Shown piece after piece: positions 39,101-54,849 of a stretch of DNA of 64,000 nt (its first letter is position 1; the number at the start of each line of letters is the position of its first letter). The DNA comes from Auanema rhodensis (taxonomy: Eukaryota > Animalia > Nematoda): positions 2,232,001-2,296,000 of the forward strand of contig OZ059894.1 in the NCBI GenBank assembly GCA_964057225.1, given 5' to 3'. A program made the translations under genes and the position numbers. The notes beneath the pieces were generated by a model. That model ran no database searches. It saw only the letters and a list, made by a program, of their open reading frames with translations, and was not told where the DNA came from.

Positions 39101-41834
39101 GTTGATATCTCGGTGCTTTTTTAAGCTAGCGCAAATCTGATAACACAGATCGACGCAGCTTGAAAATCCGCATCGAATGCACTATACTACATTGAGAAAC
39201 GCTTAATACAAAAATTAGTTATGATTGTTTGAAAAATGATGCATTAGTGTATGTTGAGTTTCCATGTACGCTCAACATTGCTTCCAAAAACATTTTGACA
39301 AAAATTTTTTCGAAAAATTTCAAAATAATTTAGCAAAAAGTAGATGTTTTTAGATTCCTTTTTTCAAGGCAAAGACGATGGACAATGTTATTCAACGAAA
39401 AAATTAATTCTTCAGGGTGAAAATCGAGGATATAAGTGTGAACTTATATCAGTTGAGATCTCGGTGCATTTTTAAGCTAGCGCAAATCTGATAACACAGA
39501 TCGACGCAGCTTAAAAATCCGCATCGAATGCACTATACTACATTGAAGAACGCTTAATACAAAAATTAGTTATGATCGTTTGAAAAATAATGCATTAGTG
39601 TATGTTGAGTTTCCATGTACACTCAACATAGCTTCCAAAAACATTTTGACAAAAATTTTTTCGAAAAATTTCAGAATAATTTAGCAAAAAGTAGATGTTT
39701 TTAGATTTCTTTTCTCAAGGCAAAGACGATGGACAATGTTATTCAACGAAAAAATTAATTCTTCAGGGTGAAAATCGAGGATATAAGTGTGAACTTATAT
39801 CAATTGATATCTCGGTGCATTTTTAAGCTAGCGCAAATCTGATAACACAGATCGACGCAGCTTAAAAATCCGCATCGAATGCACTATACTACATTGAGAA
39901 ACGCTCAATACAAAATGTAGTTATGATCGTTTGAAAAATGATGCATTAGTGTATGTTGAGTTTCCATGTACACTCAACATTGCTTCCAAAAACATTTTGA
40001 CAAAAATTTTTTCGAAAAATTTCAAAATAATTTAGCAAGAAGTAGATGTTTTTAGATTCCTTTTTTCAAGGCAAAGACGATGGACAATGTTATTCAACGA
40101 AAAAATAATTTCTTCAGGGTGAAAATCGAGGATATAAGTGTGAACTTATATCAGTTGATATCTCGGTGCATTTTTAAGCTAGCGCAAATCTGATAACACA
40201 GATCGACGCAGCTTAAAAATCCGCATCGAATGCACTATACTACATTGAGGAGCGCTTAATACAAAAATTAGTTATGATTGTTTGAAAAATGATGCATTAG
40301 TGTATGTTGAGTTTCCATGTACACTCAACATTGCTTCCAAAAACATTTTGACAAAAATTTTTTCGAAAAATTTCAAAATAATTTAGCAAAAAGTAGATGT
40401 TTTTAGATTCCTTTTTTCAAGGCAAAGACGATGGACAATGTTATTCAACGAAAAAATTAATTCTTCAGGGTGAAAATCGAGGATATAAGTGTGAACTTAT
40501 ATCAGTTGATATCTCGGTGCATTTTTAAGCTAGCGCAAATCTGATAACACAGATCGACGCAGCTTAAAAATCCGCATCGAATGCACTATACTACATTGAG
40601 GAACGCTTAATACAAAAATTAGTTATGATCGTTTGAAAAATAATGCATTAGTGTATGTTGAGTTTCCATGTACACTCAACATAGCTTCCAAAAACATTTT
40701 GACAAAAATTTTTTCGAAAAATTTCAAAATAATTTAGCGAAAAGTAGATGTTTTTAGATTCCTTTTTTCAAGGCAAAGACGATGGACAATGTTATTCAAC
40801 GAAAAAATTAATTCTTCAGGGTGAAAATCGAGGATATAAGTGTGAACTTATATCAGTTGAGATCTCGGTGCATTTTTAAGCTAGCGCAAATCTGATAACA
40901 CAGATCGACGCAGCTTAAAAATCCGCATCGAATGCACTATACTACATTGAAGAACGCTTAATACAAAAATTAGTTATGATCGTTTGAAAAATAATGCATT
41001 AGTGTATGTTGAGTTTCCATGTACACTCAACATAGCTTCCAAAAACATTTTGACAAAAATTTTTTCGAAAAATTTCAGAATAATTTAGCAAAAAGTAGAT
41101 GTTTTTAGATTTCTTTTCTCAAGGCAAAGACGATGGACAATGTTATTCAACGAAAAAATTAATTCTTCAGGGTGAAAATCGAGGATATAAGTGTGAACTT
41201 ATATCAATTGATATCTCGGTGCATTTTTAAGCTAGCGCAAATCTGATAACACAGATCGACGCAGCTTAAAAATCCGCATCGAATGCACTATACTACATTG
41301 AGAAACGCTCAATACAAAAATTAGTTATGATCGTTTGAAAAATGATGCATTAGTGTATGTTGAGTTTCCATGTACACTCAACATTGCTTCCAAAAACATT
41401 TTGACAAAAATTTTTTCGAAAAATTTCAAAATAATGTAGCAAGAAGTAGATGTTTTTAAATTCCTTTTTTTAAGGCAAAGACGATGGACAATGTTATTCA
41501 ACAAAAAAATTAATTCTTCAGGGTGAAAATCGAGGATATAAGTAAGAACATATATCAGTTGATATCTCGGTGCATTTTTAAGCTAGCGCAAATCTGATAA
41601 CACAGACCGACGCAGCTTAAAAATCCGCATCGAATGCACTATTCTACATTGAGAAACGCTCAATACAAAAATTAGTTATGATCGTTTGAAAAATGATGCA
41701 TTAGTGTATGTTGAGTTTCCATGTACAATCAACATTGCTTCCAAAAACATTTTGACAAAAATTTTTTCGAAAAATTTCAAAATAATTTAGCAAAAAGTAG
41801 ATGTTTTCAGATTTTTTTTTTCAAGGCAAAGACG

Positions 41835-44800
41835 ATGGACATTGTTATTCAACGAAAAAATCAATTCTTCAGGGTGAAAATCGAGGATCTAAGTGTGAAC
41901 TTATATCAGTTGATATCTCGGTGCATTTTTAAGCTAGCGCAAATCTGATAACACAGATCGACGCAGCTTAAAAATCCGCATCGAATGCACTATACTACAT
42001 TGAGAAACGCTCAATACAAAATGTAGTTATGATCGTTTGAAAAATGATGCATTAGTGTATGTTGAGTTTCCATGTACACTCAACATTGCTTCCAAAAACA
42101 TTTTGACAAAAATTTTTTCGAAAAATTTCAAAATAATTTAGCAAGAAGTAGATGTTTTTAGATTCCTTTTTTCAAGGCAAAGACGATGGACATTGTTATT
42201 CAACGAAAAAATCAATTCTTCAGGGTGAAAATCGAGGATCTAAGTGTGAACTTATATCAGTTGATATCTCGGTGCATTTTTAAGCTAGCGCAAATCTGAT
42301 AACACAGATCGACGCAGCTTAAAAATCCGCATCGAATGCACTATCCTACATTGAGAAACGCTCAATACAAAATGTAGTTATAATCGTTTGAAAAATGATG
42401 CATTAGGGTATGTTGAGTTTCCATGTACACTCAACATTGCTTCCAAAAACATTTTGACAAAAATTTTTTCGAAAAATTTCAAAATAATTTAGCAAGAAGT
42501 AGATGTTTTTAGATTCCTTTTTTCAAGGCAAAGACGATGGACAATGTTATTCAACGAAAAAATAATTTCTTCAGGGTGAAAATCGAGGATATAAGTGTGA
42601 ACTTATATCAGTTGATATCTCGGTGCATTTTTAAGCTAGCGCAAATCTGATAACACAGATCGACGCAGCTTAAAAATCCGCATCGAATGCACTATACTAC
42701 ATTGAGGAACGCTTAATACAAAAATTAGTTATGATCGTTTGAAAAATAATGCATTAGTGTATGTTGAGTTTCCATGTACACTCAACATAGCTTCCAAAAA
42801 CATTTTGACAAAAATTTTTTCGGAAAATTTCAAAATAATTTAGCGAAAAGTAGATGTTTTTAGATTCCTTTTTTCAAGGCAAAGACGATGGACATTGTTA
42901 TTCAACGAAAAAATCAATTCTTCAGGGTGAAAATCGAGGATCTAAGTGTGAACTTATATCAGTTGATATCTCGGTGCATTTTTAAGCTAGCGCAAATCTG
43001 ATAACACAGATCGACGCAGCTTAAAAATCCGCATCGAATGCACTATACTACATTGAGAAACGCTCAATACAAAATGTAGTTATGATCGTTTGAAAAATGA
43101 TGCATTAGTGTATGTTGAGTTTCCATGTACACTCAACATTGCTTCCAAAAACATTTTGACAAAAATTTTTTCGAAAAATTTCAAAATAATTTAGCAAGAA
43201 GTAGATGTTTTTAGATTCCTTTTTTCAAGGCAAAGACGATGGACATTGTTATTCAACGAAAAAATCAATTCTTCAGGGTGAAAATCGAGGATCTAAGTGT
43301 GAACTTATATCAGTTGATATCTCGGTGCATTTTTAAGCTAGCGCAAATCTGATAACACAGATCGACGCAGCTTAAAAATCCGCATCGAATGCACTATCCT
43401 ACATTGAGAAACGCTCAATACAAAATGTAGTTATGATCGTTTGAAAAATGATGCATTAGGGTATGTTGAGTTTCCATGTACACTCAACATTGCTTCCAAA
43501 AACATTTTGACAAAAATTTTTTCGAAAAATTTCAAAATAATTTAGCAAGAAGTAGATGTTTTTAGATTCCTTTTTTCAAGGCAAAGACGATGGACAATGT
43601 TATTCAACGAAAAAATAATTTCTTCAGGGTGAAAATCGAGGATATAAGTGTGAACTTATATCAGTTGATATCTCGGTGCATTTTTAAGCTAGCGCAAATC
43701 TGATAACACAGATCGACGCAGCTTAAAAATCCGCATCGAATGCACTATACTACATTGAGGAACGCTTAATACAAAAATTAGTTATGATCGTTTGAAAAAT
43801 AATGCATTAGTGTATGTTGAGTTTCCATGTACACTCAACATAGCTTCCAAAAACATTTTGACAAAAATTTTTTCGGAAAATTTCAAAATAATTTAGCGAA
43901 AAGTAGATGTTTTTAGATTCCTTTTTTCAAGGCAAAGACGATGGACATTGTTATTCAACGAAAAAATCAATTCTTCAGGGTGAAAATCGAGGATCTAAGT
44001 GTGAACTTATATCAGTTGATATCTCGGTGCATTTTTAAGCTAGCGCAAATCTGATAACACAGATCGACGCAGCTTAAAAATCCGCATCGAATGCACTATA
44101 CTACATTGAGAAACGCTCAATACAAAATGTAGTTATGATCGTTTGAAAAATGATGCATTAGTGTATGTTGAGTTTCCATGTACACTCAACATTGCTTCCA
44201 AAAACATTTTGACAAAAATTTTTTCGAAAAATTTCAAAATAATTTAGCAAGAAGTAGATGTTTTTAGATTCCTTTTTTCAAGGCAAAGACGATGGACATT
44301 GTTATTCAACGAAAAAATCAATTCTTCAGGGTGAAAATCGAGGATCTAAGTGTGAACTTATATCAGTTGATATCTCGGTGCATTTTTAAGCTAGCGCAAA
44401 TCTGATAACACAGATCGACGCAGCTTAAAAATCCGCATCGAATGCACTATACTACATTGAGAAACGCTCAATACAAAATGTAGTTATGATCGTTTGAAAA
44501 ATGATGCATTAGTGTATGTTGAGTTTCCATGTACACTCAACATTGCTTCCAAAAACATTTTGACAAAAATTTTTTCGAAAAATTTCAAAATAATTTAGCA
44601 AGAAGTAGATGTTTTTAGATTCCTTTTTTTAAGGCAAAGACGATGGACAATGTTATTCAACGAAAAAATAATTTCTTCAGGGTGAAAATCGAGGATATAA
44701 GTGTGAACTTATATCAGTTGATATCTCGGTGCATTTTTAAGCTAGCGCAAATCTGATAACACAGATCGACGCAGCTTAAAAATCCGCATCGAATGCACTA

Positions 44801-45004
44801 TACTACATTGAGGAACGCTTAATACAAAAATTAGTTATGATCGTTTGAAAAATAATGCATTAGTGTATGTTGAGTTTCCATGTACACTCAACATAGCTTC
44901 CAAAAACATTTTGACAAAAATTTTTTCGAAAAATTTCAAAATAATTTAGCGAAAAGTAGATGTTTTTAGATTCCTTTTTCAAGGCAAAGACGATGGACAA
45001 TGTT
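41835..45004. repeat. 3-monomer (1053 bp) higher-order repeat, about 3 copies
   Basis: Private variants pair at 42345/43398, 42407/43460 and 42823/43876. The third copy has the same monomer types without these SNPs. Confidence 0.85.
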
Positions 45005-48000
45005 ATTCAACGAAAAAATTAATTCTTCAGGGTGAAAATCGAGGATATAAGTGTGAACTTATATCAGTTGATATCTCGGTGCATTTTTAAGCTAGCGCAA
45101 ATCTGATAACACAGATCGACGCAGCTTGAAAATCCGCATCGAATGCACTATACTAAATTGAGAAACGCTTAATACAAAAATTAGTTATGATCGTTTGAAA
45201 AATAATGCATTAGTGTATGTTGAGTTTCCATGTACACTCAACATAGCTTCCAAAAACATTTTGACAAAAATTTTTTCGAAAAATTTCAGAATAATTTAGC
45301 AAAAAGTAGATGTTTTTAGATTTCTTTTCTCAAGGCAAAGACGATGGACAATGTTATTCAACGAAAAAATTAATTCTTCAGGGTGAAAATCGAGGATATA
45401 AGTGTGAACTTATATCAATTGATATCTCGGTGCATTTTTAAGCTAGCGCAAATCTGATAACACAGATCGACGCAGCTTGAAAATCCGCATCGAATGCACT
45501 ATACTACATTGAGAAACGCTTAATACAAAAATTAGTTATGATTGTTTGAAAAATGATGCATTAGTGTATGTTGAGTTTCCATGTACGCTCAACATTGCTT
45601 CCAAAAACATTTTGACAAAAATTTTTTCGAAAAATTTCAAAATAATTTAGCAAAAAGTAGATGTTTTTAGATTCCTTTTTTCAAGGCAAAGACGATGGAC
45701 AATGTTATTCAACGAAAAAATTAATTCTTCAGGGTGAAAATCGAGGATATAAGTGTGAACTTATATCAGTTGAGATCTCGGTGCATTTTTAAGCTAGCGC
45801 AAATCTGATAACACAGATCGACGCAGCTTAAAAATCCGCATTGAATGCACTATACTACATTGAAGAACGCTTAATACAAAAATTAGTTATGATCGTTTGA
45901 AAAATAATGCATTAGTGTATGTTGAGTTTCCATGTACACTCAACATATCTTCCAAAAACATTTTGACAAAAATTTTTTCGAAAAATTTCAGAATAATTTA
46001 GCAAAAAGTAGATGTTTTTAGATTTCTTTTCTCAAGGCAAAGACGATGGACAATGTTATTCAACGAAAAAATTAATTCTTCAGGGTGAAAATCGAGGATA
46101 TAAGTGTGAACTTATATCAATTGATATCTCGGTGCATTTTTAAGCTAGCGCAAATCTGATAACACAGATCGACGCAGCTTAAAAATCCGCATCGAATGCA
46201 CTATACTACATTGAGGAACGCTTAATACAAAAATTAGTTATGATCGTTTGAAAAATAATGCATTAGTGTATGTTGAGTTTCCATGTACACTCAACATAGC
46301 TTCCAAAAACATTTTGACAAAAATTTTTTCGAAAAATTTCAAAATAATTTAGCAAGAAGTAGATGTTTTTAGATTCCTTTTTTCAAGGCAAAGACGATGG
46401 ACAATGTTATTCAACGAAAAAATAATTTCTTCAGGGTGAAAATCGAGGATATAAGTGTGAACTTATATCAGTTGATATCTCGGTGCATTTTTAAGCTAGC
46501 GCAAATCTGATAACACAGATCGACGCAGCTTAAAAATCCGCATCGAATGCACTATACTACATTGAGGAACGCTTAATACAAAAATTAGTTATGATCGTTT
46601 GAAAAATAATGCATTAGTGTATGTTGAGTTTCCATGTACACTCAACATAGCTTCCAAAAACATTTTGACAAAAATTTTTTCGAAAAATTTCAAAATAATT
46701 TAGCGAAAAGTAGATGTTTTTAGATTCCTTTTTCAAGGCAAAGACGATGGACAATGTTATTCAACGAAAAAATTAATTCTTCAGGGTGAAAATCGAGGAT
46801 ATAAGTGTGAACTTATATCAGTTGATATCTCGGTGCATTTTTAAGCTAGCGCAAATCTGATAACACAGATCGACGCAGCTTGAAAATCCGCATCGAATGC
46901 ACTATACTAAATTGAGAAACGCTTAATACAAAAATTAGTTATGATCGTTTGAAAAATAATGCATTAGTGTATGTTGAGTTTCCATGTACACTCAACATAG
47001 CTTCCAAAAACATTTTGACAAAAATTTTTTCGAAAAATTTCAGAATAATTTAGCAAAAAGTAGATGTTTTTAGATTTCTTTTCTCAAGGCAAAGACGATG
47101 GACAATGTTATTCAACGAAAAAATTAATTCTTCAGGGTGAAAATCGAGGATATAAGTGTGAACTTATATCAATTGATATCTCGGTGCATTTTTAAGCTAG
47201 CGCAAATCTGATAACACAGATCGACGCAGCTTGAAAATCCGCATCGAATGCACTATACTACATTGAGAAACGCTTAATACAAAAATTAGTTATGATTGTT
47301 TGAAAAATGATGCATTAGTGTATGTTGAGTTTCCATGTACGCTCAACATTGCTTCCAAAAACATTTTGACAAAAATTTTTTCGAAAAATTTCAAAATAAT
47401 TTAGCGAAAAGTAGATGTTTTTAGATTCCTTTTTCAAGGCAAAGACGATGGACAATGTTATTCAACGAAAAAATTAATTCTTCAGGGTGAAAATCGAGGA
47501 TATAAGTGTGAACTTATATCAGTTGATATCTCGGTGCATTTTTAAGCTAGCGCAAATCTGATAACACAGATCGACGCAGCTTGAAAATCCGCATCGAATG
47601 CACTATACTAAATTGAGAAACGCTTAATACAAAAATTAGTTATGATCGTTTGAAAAATAATGCATTAGTGTATGTTGAGTTTCCATGTACACTCAACATA
47701 GCTTCCAAAAACATTTTGACAAAAATTTTTTCGAAAAATTTCAGAATAATTTAGCAAAAAGTAGATGTTTTTAGATTTCTTTTCTCAAGGCAAAGACGAT
47801 GGACAATGTTATTCAACGAAAAAATTAATTCTTCAGGGTGAAAATCGAGGATATAAGTGTGAACTTATATCAATTGATATCTCGGTGCATTTTTAAGCTA
47901 GCGCAAATCTGATAACACAGATCGACGCAGCTTGAAAATCCGCATCGAATGCACTATACTACATTGAGAAACGCTTAATACAAAAATTAGTTATGATTGT

Positions 48001-50266
48001 TTGAAAAATGATGCATTAGTGTATGTTGAGTTTCCATGTACGCTCAACATTGCTTCCAAAAACATTTTGACAAAAATTTTTTCGAAAAATTTCAAAATAA
48101 TTTAGCAAAAAGTAGATGTTTTTAGATTCCTTTTTTCAAGGCAAAGACGATGGACAATGTTATTCAACGAAAAAATTAATTCTTCAGGGTGAAAATCGAG
48201 GATATAAGTGTGAACTTATATCAGTTGAGATCTCGGTGCATTTTTAAGCTAGCGCAAATCTGATAACACAGATCGACGCAGCTTAAAAATCCGCATTGAA
48301 TGCACTATACTACATTGAAGAACGCTTAATACAAAAATTAGTTATGATCGTTTGAAAAATAATGCATTAGTGTATGTTGAGTTTCCATGTACACTCAACA
48401 TATCTTCCAAAAACATTTTGACAAAAATTTTTTCGAAAAATTTCAGAATAATTTAGCAAAAAGTAGATGTTTTTAGATTTCTTTTCTCAAGGCAAAGACG
48501 ATGGACAATGTTATTCAACGAAAAAATTAATTCTTCAGGGTGAAAATCGAGGATATAAGTGTGAACTTATATCAATTGATATCTCGGTGCATTTTTAAGC
48601 TAGCGCAAATCTGATAACACAGATCGACGCAGCTTAAAAATCCGCATCGAATGCACTATACTACATTGAGGAACGCTTAATACAAAAATTAGTTATGATC
48701 GTTTGAAAAATAATGCATTAGTGTATGTTGAGTTTCCATGTACACTCAACATAGCTTCCAAAAACATTTTGACAAAAATTTTTTCGAAAAATTTCAAAAT
48801 AATTTAGCAAGAAGTAGATGTTTTTAGATTCCTTTTTTCAAGGCAAAGACGATGGACAATGTTATTCAACGAAAAAATAATTTCTTCAGGGTGAAAATCG
48901 AGGATATAAGTGTGAACTTATATCAGTTGATATCTCGGTGCATTTTTAAGCTAGCGCAAATCTGATAACACAGATCGACGCAGCTTAAAAATCCGCATCG
49001 AATGCACTATACTACATTGAGGAACGCTTAATACAAAAATTAGTTATGATCGTTTGAAAAATAATGCATTAGTGTATGTTGAGTTTCCATGTACACTCAA
49101 CATAGCTTCCAAAAACATTTTGACAAAAATTTTTTCGAAAAATTTCAAAATAATTTAGCGAAAAGTAGATGTTTTTAGATTCCTTTTTCAAGGCAAAGAC
49201 GATGGACAATGTTATTCAACGAAAAAATTAATTCTTCAGGGTGAAAATCGAGGATATAAGTGTGAACTTATATCAGTTGATATCTCGGTGCATTTTTAAG
49301 CTAGCGCAAATCTGATAACACAGATCGACGCAGCTTGAAAATCCGCATCGAATGCACTATACTAAATTGAGAAACGCTTAATACAAAAATTAGTTATGAT
49401 CGTTTGAAAAATAATGCATTAGTGTATGTTGAGTTTCCATGTACACTCAACATAGCTTCCAAAAACATTTTGACAAAAATTTTTTCGAAAAATTTCAGAA
49501 TAATTTAGCAAAAAGTAGATGTTTTTAGATTTCTTTTCTCAAGGCAAAGACGATGGACAATGTTATTCAACGAAAAAATTAATTCTTCAGGGTGAAAATC
49601 GAGGATATAAGTGTGAACTTATATCAATTGATATCTCGGTGCATTTTTAAGCTAGCGCAAATCTGATAACACAGATCGACGCAGCTTGAAAATCCGCATC
49701 GAATGCACTATACTACATTGAGAAACGCTTAATACAAAAATTAGTTATGATTGTTTGAAAAATGATGCATTAGTGTATGTTGAGTTTCCATGTACGCTCA
49801 ACATTGCTTCCAAAAACATTTTGACAAAAATTTTTTCGAAAAATTTCAAAATAATTTAGCAAAAAGTAGATGTTTTTAGATTCCTTTTTTCAAGGCAAAG
49901 ACGATGGACAATGTTATTCAACGAAAAAATTAATTCTTCAGGGTGAAAATCGAGGATATAAGTGTGAACTTATATCAGTTGAGATCTCGGTGCATTTTTA
50001 AGCTAGCGCAAATCTGATAACACAGATCGACGCAGCTTAAAAATCCGCATTGAATGCACTATACTACATTGAAGAACGCTTAATACAAAAATTAGTTATG
50101 ATCGTTTGAAAAATAATGCATTAGTGTATGTTGAGTTTCCATGTACACTCAACATATCTTCCAAAAACATTTTGACAAAAATTTTTTCGAAAAATTTCAG
50201 AATAATTTAGCAAAAAGTAGATGTTTTTAGATTTCTTTTCTCAAGGCAAAGACGATGGACAATGTT
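44655..50266. repeat. 5-monomer (1754 bp) higher-order repeat containing a 350-bp monomer, with one unit truncated to 2 monomers
   Basis: T5 deletion at 44975, 46729, 47430, 49184; tactAaatt at 45156, 46910, 47611, 49365; gcatTgaa at 45842, 48297, 50051. Confidence 0.82.
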
Positions 50267-53200
50267 ATTCAACGAAAAAATAATTTCTTCAGGGTGAAAA
50301 TCGAGGATATAAGTGTGAACTTATATCAGTTGATATCTCGGTGCATTTTTAAGCTAGCGCAAATCTGATAACACAGATCGACGCAGCTTGAAAATCCGCA
50401 TCGAATGCACTATACTACATTGAGAAACGCTTAATACAAAAATTAGTTATGATTGTTTGAAAAATGATGCATTAGTGTATGTTGAGTTTCCATGTACGCT
50501 CAACATTGCTTCCAAAAACATTTTGACAAAAATTTTTTCGAAAAATTTCAAAATAATTTAGCAAAAAGTAGATGTTTTTAGATTCCTTTTTTCAAGGCAA
50601 AGACGATGGACAATGTTATTCAACGAAAAAATTAATTCTTCAGGGTGAAAATCGAGGATATAAGTGTGAACTTATATCAGTTGAGATCTCGGTGCATTTT
50701 TAAGCTAGCGCAAATCTGATAACACAGATCGACGCAGCTTAAAAATCCGCATTGAATGCACTATACTACATTGAAGAACGCTTAATACAAGAATTAGTTA
50801 TGATCGTTTGAAAAATGATGCATTAGTGTATGTTGAGTTTCCATGTACACTCAACATTGCTTCCAAAAACATTTTGACAAAAATTTTTTCGAAAAATTTC
50901 AAAATAATGTAGCAAAAAGTAGTTGTTTTTAGATTCCTTTTTCTAAGGCAAAGACGATGGACAATGTTATTCAACGAAAAAATTAATTCTTCAGGGTGAA
51001 AATCGAGGATATAAGTAAGAACATATATCAGTTGATATCTCGGTGCATTTTTAAGCTAGCGCAAATCTGATAACACAGACCGACGCAGCTTAAAAATCCG
51101 CATCGAATGCACTATTCTACATTGAGAAACGCTCAATACAAAAATTAGTTATGATCGTTTGAAAAATGATGCATTAGTGTATGTTGAGTTTCCATGTACA
51201 ATCAACATTGCTTCCAAAAACATTTTGACAAAAATTTTTTCGAAAAATTTCAAAATAATTTAGCAAAAAGTAGATGTTTTCAGATTTTTTTTTTCAAGGC
51301 AAAGACGATGGACAATGTTATTCAACGAAAAAATTAATTCTTCAGGGTGAAAATCGAGGATATAAGTGTGAACTTATATCAGTTGATATCTCGGTGCATT
51401 TTTAAGCTAGCGCAAATCTGATAACACAGATCGACGCAGCTTAAAAATCCGCATCGAATGCACTATACTACATTGAGGAACGCTTAATACAAGAATTAGT
51501 TATGATCGTTTGAAAAATAATGCATTAGTGTATGTTGAGTTTCCATGTACACTCAACATAGCTTCCAAAAACATTTTGACAAAAATTTTTTCGAAAAATT
51601 TCAAAATAATTTAGCGAAAAGTAGATGTTTTTAGATTCCTTTTTCAAGGCAAAGACGATGGACATTGTTATTCAACGAAAAAATTAATTCTTCAGGGTGA
51701 AAATCGAGGATATAAGTGTGAACTTATATCAGTTGATATCTCGGTGCATTTTTAAGCTAGCGCAAATCTGATAACACAGATCGACGCAGCTTAAAAATCC
51801 GCATCGAATGCACTATACTACATTGAGGAACGCTTAATACAAAAATTAGTTATGATCGTTTGAAAAATAATGCATTAGTGTATGTTGAGTTTCCATGTAC
51901 ACTCAACATAGCTTCCAAAAACATTTTGACAAAAATTTTTTCGAAAAATTTCAAAATAATTTAGCAAGAAGTAGATGTTTTTAGATTCCTTTTTTCAAGA
52001 CAAAGACGATGGACAATGTTATTCAACGAAAAAATAATTTCTTCAGGGTGAAAATCGAGGATATAAGTGTGAACTTATATCAGTTGATATCTCGGTGCAT
52101 TTTTAAGCTAGCGCAAATCTGATAACACAGATCGACGCAGCTTAAATATCCGCATCGAATGCACTATACTACATTGAGGAACGCTTAATACAAGAATTAG
52201 TTATGATCGTTTGAAAAATAATGCATTAGTGTATGTTGAGTTTCCATGTACACTCAACATAGCTTCCAAAAACATTTTGACAAAAATTTTTTCGAAAAAT
52301 TTCAAAATAATTTAGCGAAAAGTAGATGTTTTTAGATTCCTTTTTCAAGGCAAAGACGATGGACAATGTCATTCAACGAAAAAATTAATTCTTCAGGGTG
52401 AAAATCGAGGATATAAGTGTGAACTTATATCAGTTGATATCTCGGTGCATTTTTAAGCTAGCGCAAATCTGATAACACAGATCGACGCAGCTTGAAAATC
52501 CGCATCGAATGCACTATAATAAATTGAGAAACGCTTAATACAAAAATTAGTTATGATCGTTTGAAAAATAATGCATTAGTGTATGTTGAGTTTCCATGTA
52601 CACTCAACATAGCTTCCAAAAACATTTTGACAAAAATTTTTTCGAAAAATTTCAGAATAATTTAGCAAAAAGTAGATGTTTTTAGATTTCTTTTCTCAAG
52701 GCAAAGACGATGGACAATGTTATTCAACGAAAAAATTAATTCTTCAGGGTGAAAATCGAGGATATAAGTGTGAACTTATATCAATTGATATCTCGGTGCA
52801 TTTTTAAGCTAGCGCAAATCTGATAACACAGATCGACGCAGCTTGAAAATCCGCATCGAATGCACTATACTACATTGAGAAACGCTTAATACAAAAATTA
52901 GTTATGATTGTTTGAAAAATGATGCATTAGTGTATGTTGAGTTTCCATGTACGCTCAACATTGCTTCCAAAAACATTTTGACAAAAATTTTTTCGAAAAA
53001 TTTCAAAATAATTTAGCAAAAAGTAGATGTTTTTAGATTTCTTTTCTCAAGGCAAAGACGATGGACAATGTTATTCAACGAAAAAATTAATTCTTCAGGG
53101 TGAAAATCGAGGATATAAGTGTGAACTTATATCAATTGATATCTCGGTGCATTTTTAAGCTAGCGCAAATCTGATAACACAGATCGACGCAGCTTAAAAA

Positions 53201-54849
53201 TCCGCATCGAATGCACTATACTACATTGAGAAACGCTCAATACAAAAATTAGTTATGATCGTTTGAAAAATGATGCATTAGTGTATGTTGAGTTTCCATG
53301 TACACTCAACATTGCTTCCAAAAACATTTTGACAAAAATTTTTTCGAAAAATTTCAAAATAATGTAGCAAAAAGTAGTTGTTTTTAGATTCCTTTTTTTA
53401 AGGCAAAGACGATGGACAATGTTATTCAACGAAAAAATTAATTCTTCAGGGTGAAAATCGAGGATATAAGTAAGAACATATATCAGTTGATATCTCGGTG
53501 CATTTTTAAGCTAGCGCAAATCTGATAACACAGACCGACGCAGCTTAAATATCCGCATCGAATGCACTATACTACATTGAGGAACGCTTAATACAAAAAT
53601 TAGTTATGATCGTTTGAAAAATAATGCATTAGTGTATGTTGAGTTTCCATGTACACTCAACATAGCTTCCAAAAACATTTTGACAAAAATTTTTTCGAAA
53701 AATTTCAAAATAATTTAGCAAGAAGTAGATGTTTTTAGATTCCTTTTTTCAAGACAAAGACGATGGACAATGTTATTCAACGAAAAAATAATTTCTTCAG
53801 GGTGAAAATCGAGGATATAAGTGTGAACTTATATCAGTTGATATCTCGGTGCATTTTTAAGCTAGCGCAAATCTGATAACACAGATCGACGCAGCTTAAA
53901 TATCCGCATCGAATGCACTATACTACATTGAGGAACGCTTAATACAAGAATTAGTTATGATCGTTTGAAAAATAATGCATTAGTGTATGTTGAGTTTCCA
54001 TGTACACTCAACATAGCTTCCAAAAACATTTTGACAAAAATTTTTTCGAAAAATTTCAAAATAATTTAGCGAAAAGTAGATGTTTTTAGATTCCTTTTTC
54101 AAGGCAAAGACGATGGACAATGTCATTCAACGAAAAAATTAATTCTTCAGGGTGAAAATCGAGGATATAAGTGTGAACTTATATCAGTTGATATCTCGGT
54201 GCATTTTTAAGCTAGCGCAAATCTGATAACACAGATCGACGCAGCTTGAAAATCCGCATCGAATGCACTATACTACATTGAGGAACGCTTAATACAAAAA
54301 TTAGTTATGATCGTTTGAAAAATAATGCATTAGTGTATGTTGAGTTTCCATGTACACTCAACATAGCTTCCAAAAACATTTTGACAAAAATTTTTTCGAA
54401 AAATTTCAAAATAATTTAGCAAGAAGTAGATGTTTTTAGATTCCTTTTTTCAAGGCAAAGACGATGGACAATGTTATTCAACGAAAAAATAATTTCTTCA
54501 GGGTGAAAATCGAGGATATAAGTGTGAACTTATATCAGTTGATATCTCGGTGCATTTTTAAGCTAGCGCAAATCTGATAACACAGATCGACGCAGCTTAA
54601 AAATCCGCATCGAATGCACTATACTACATTGAGGAACGCTTAATACAAGAATTAGTTATGATCGTTTGAAAAATAATGCATTAGTGTATGTTGAGTTTCC
54701 ATGTACACTCAACATAGCTTCCAAAAACATTTTGACAAAAATTTTTTCGAAAAATTTCAAAATAATTTAGCGAAAAGTAGATGTTTTTAGATTCCTTTTT
54801 CAAGGCAAAGACGATGGACAATGTTATTCAACGAAAAAATTAATTCTTC

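Noticed and set aside
41721-41948. 75-aa plus-strand ORF
   Set aside because: Arises in a single recombinant monomer where variants (ttttCag, atCaatt, gatCta) happen to remove stops.
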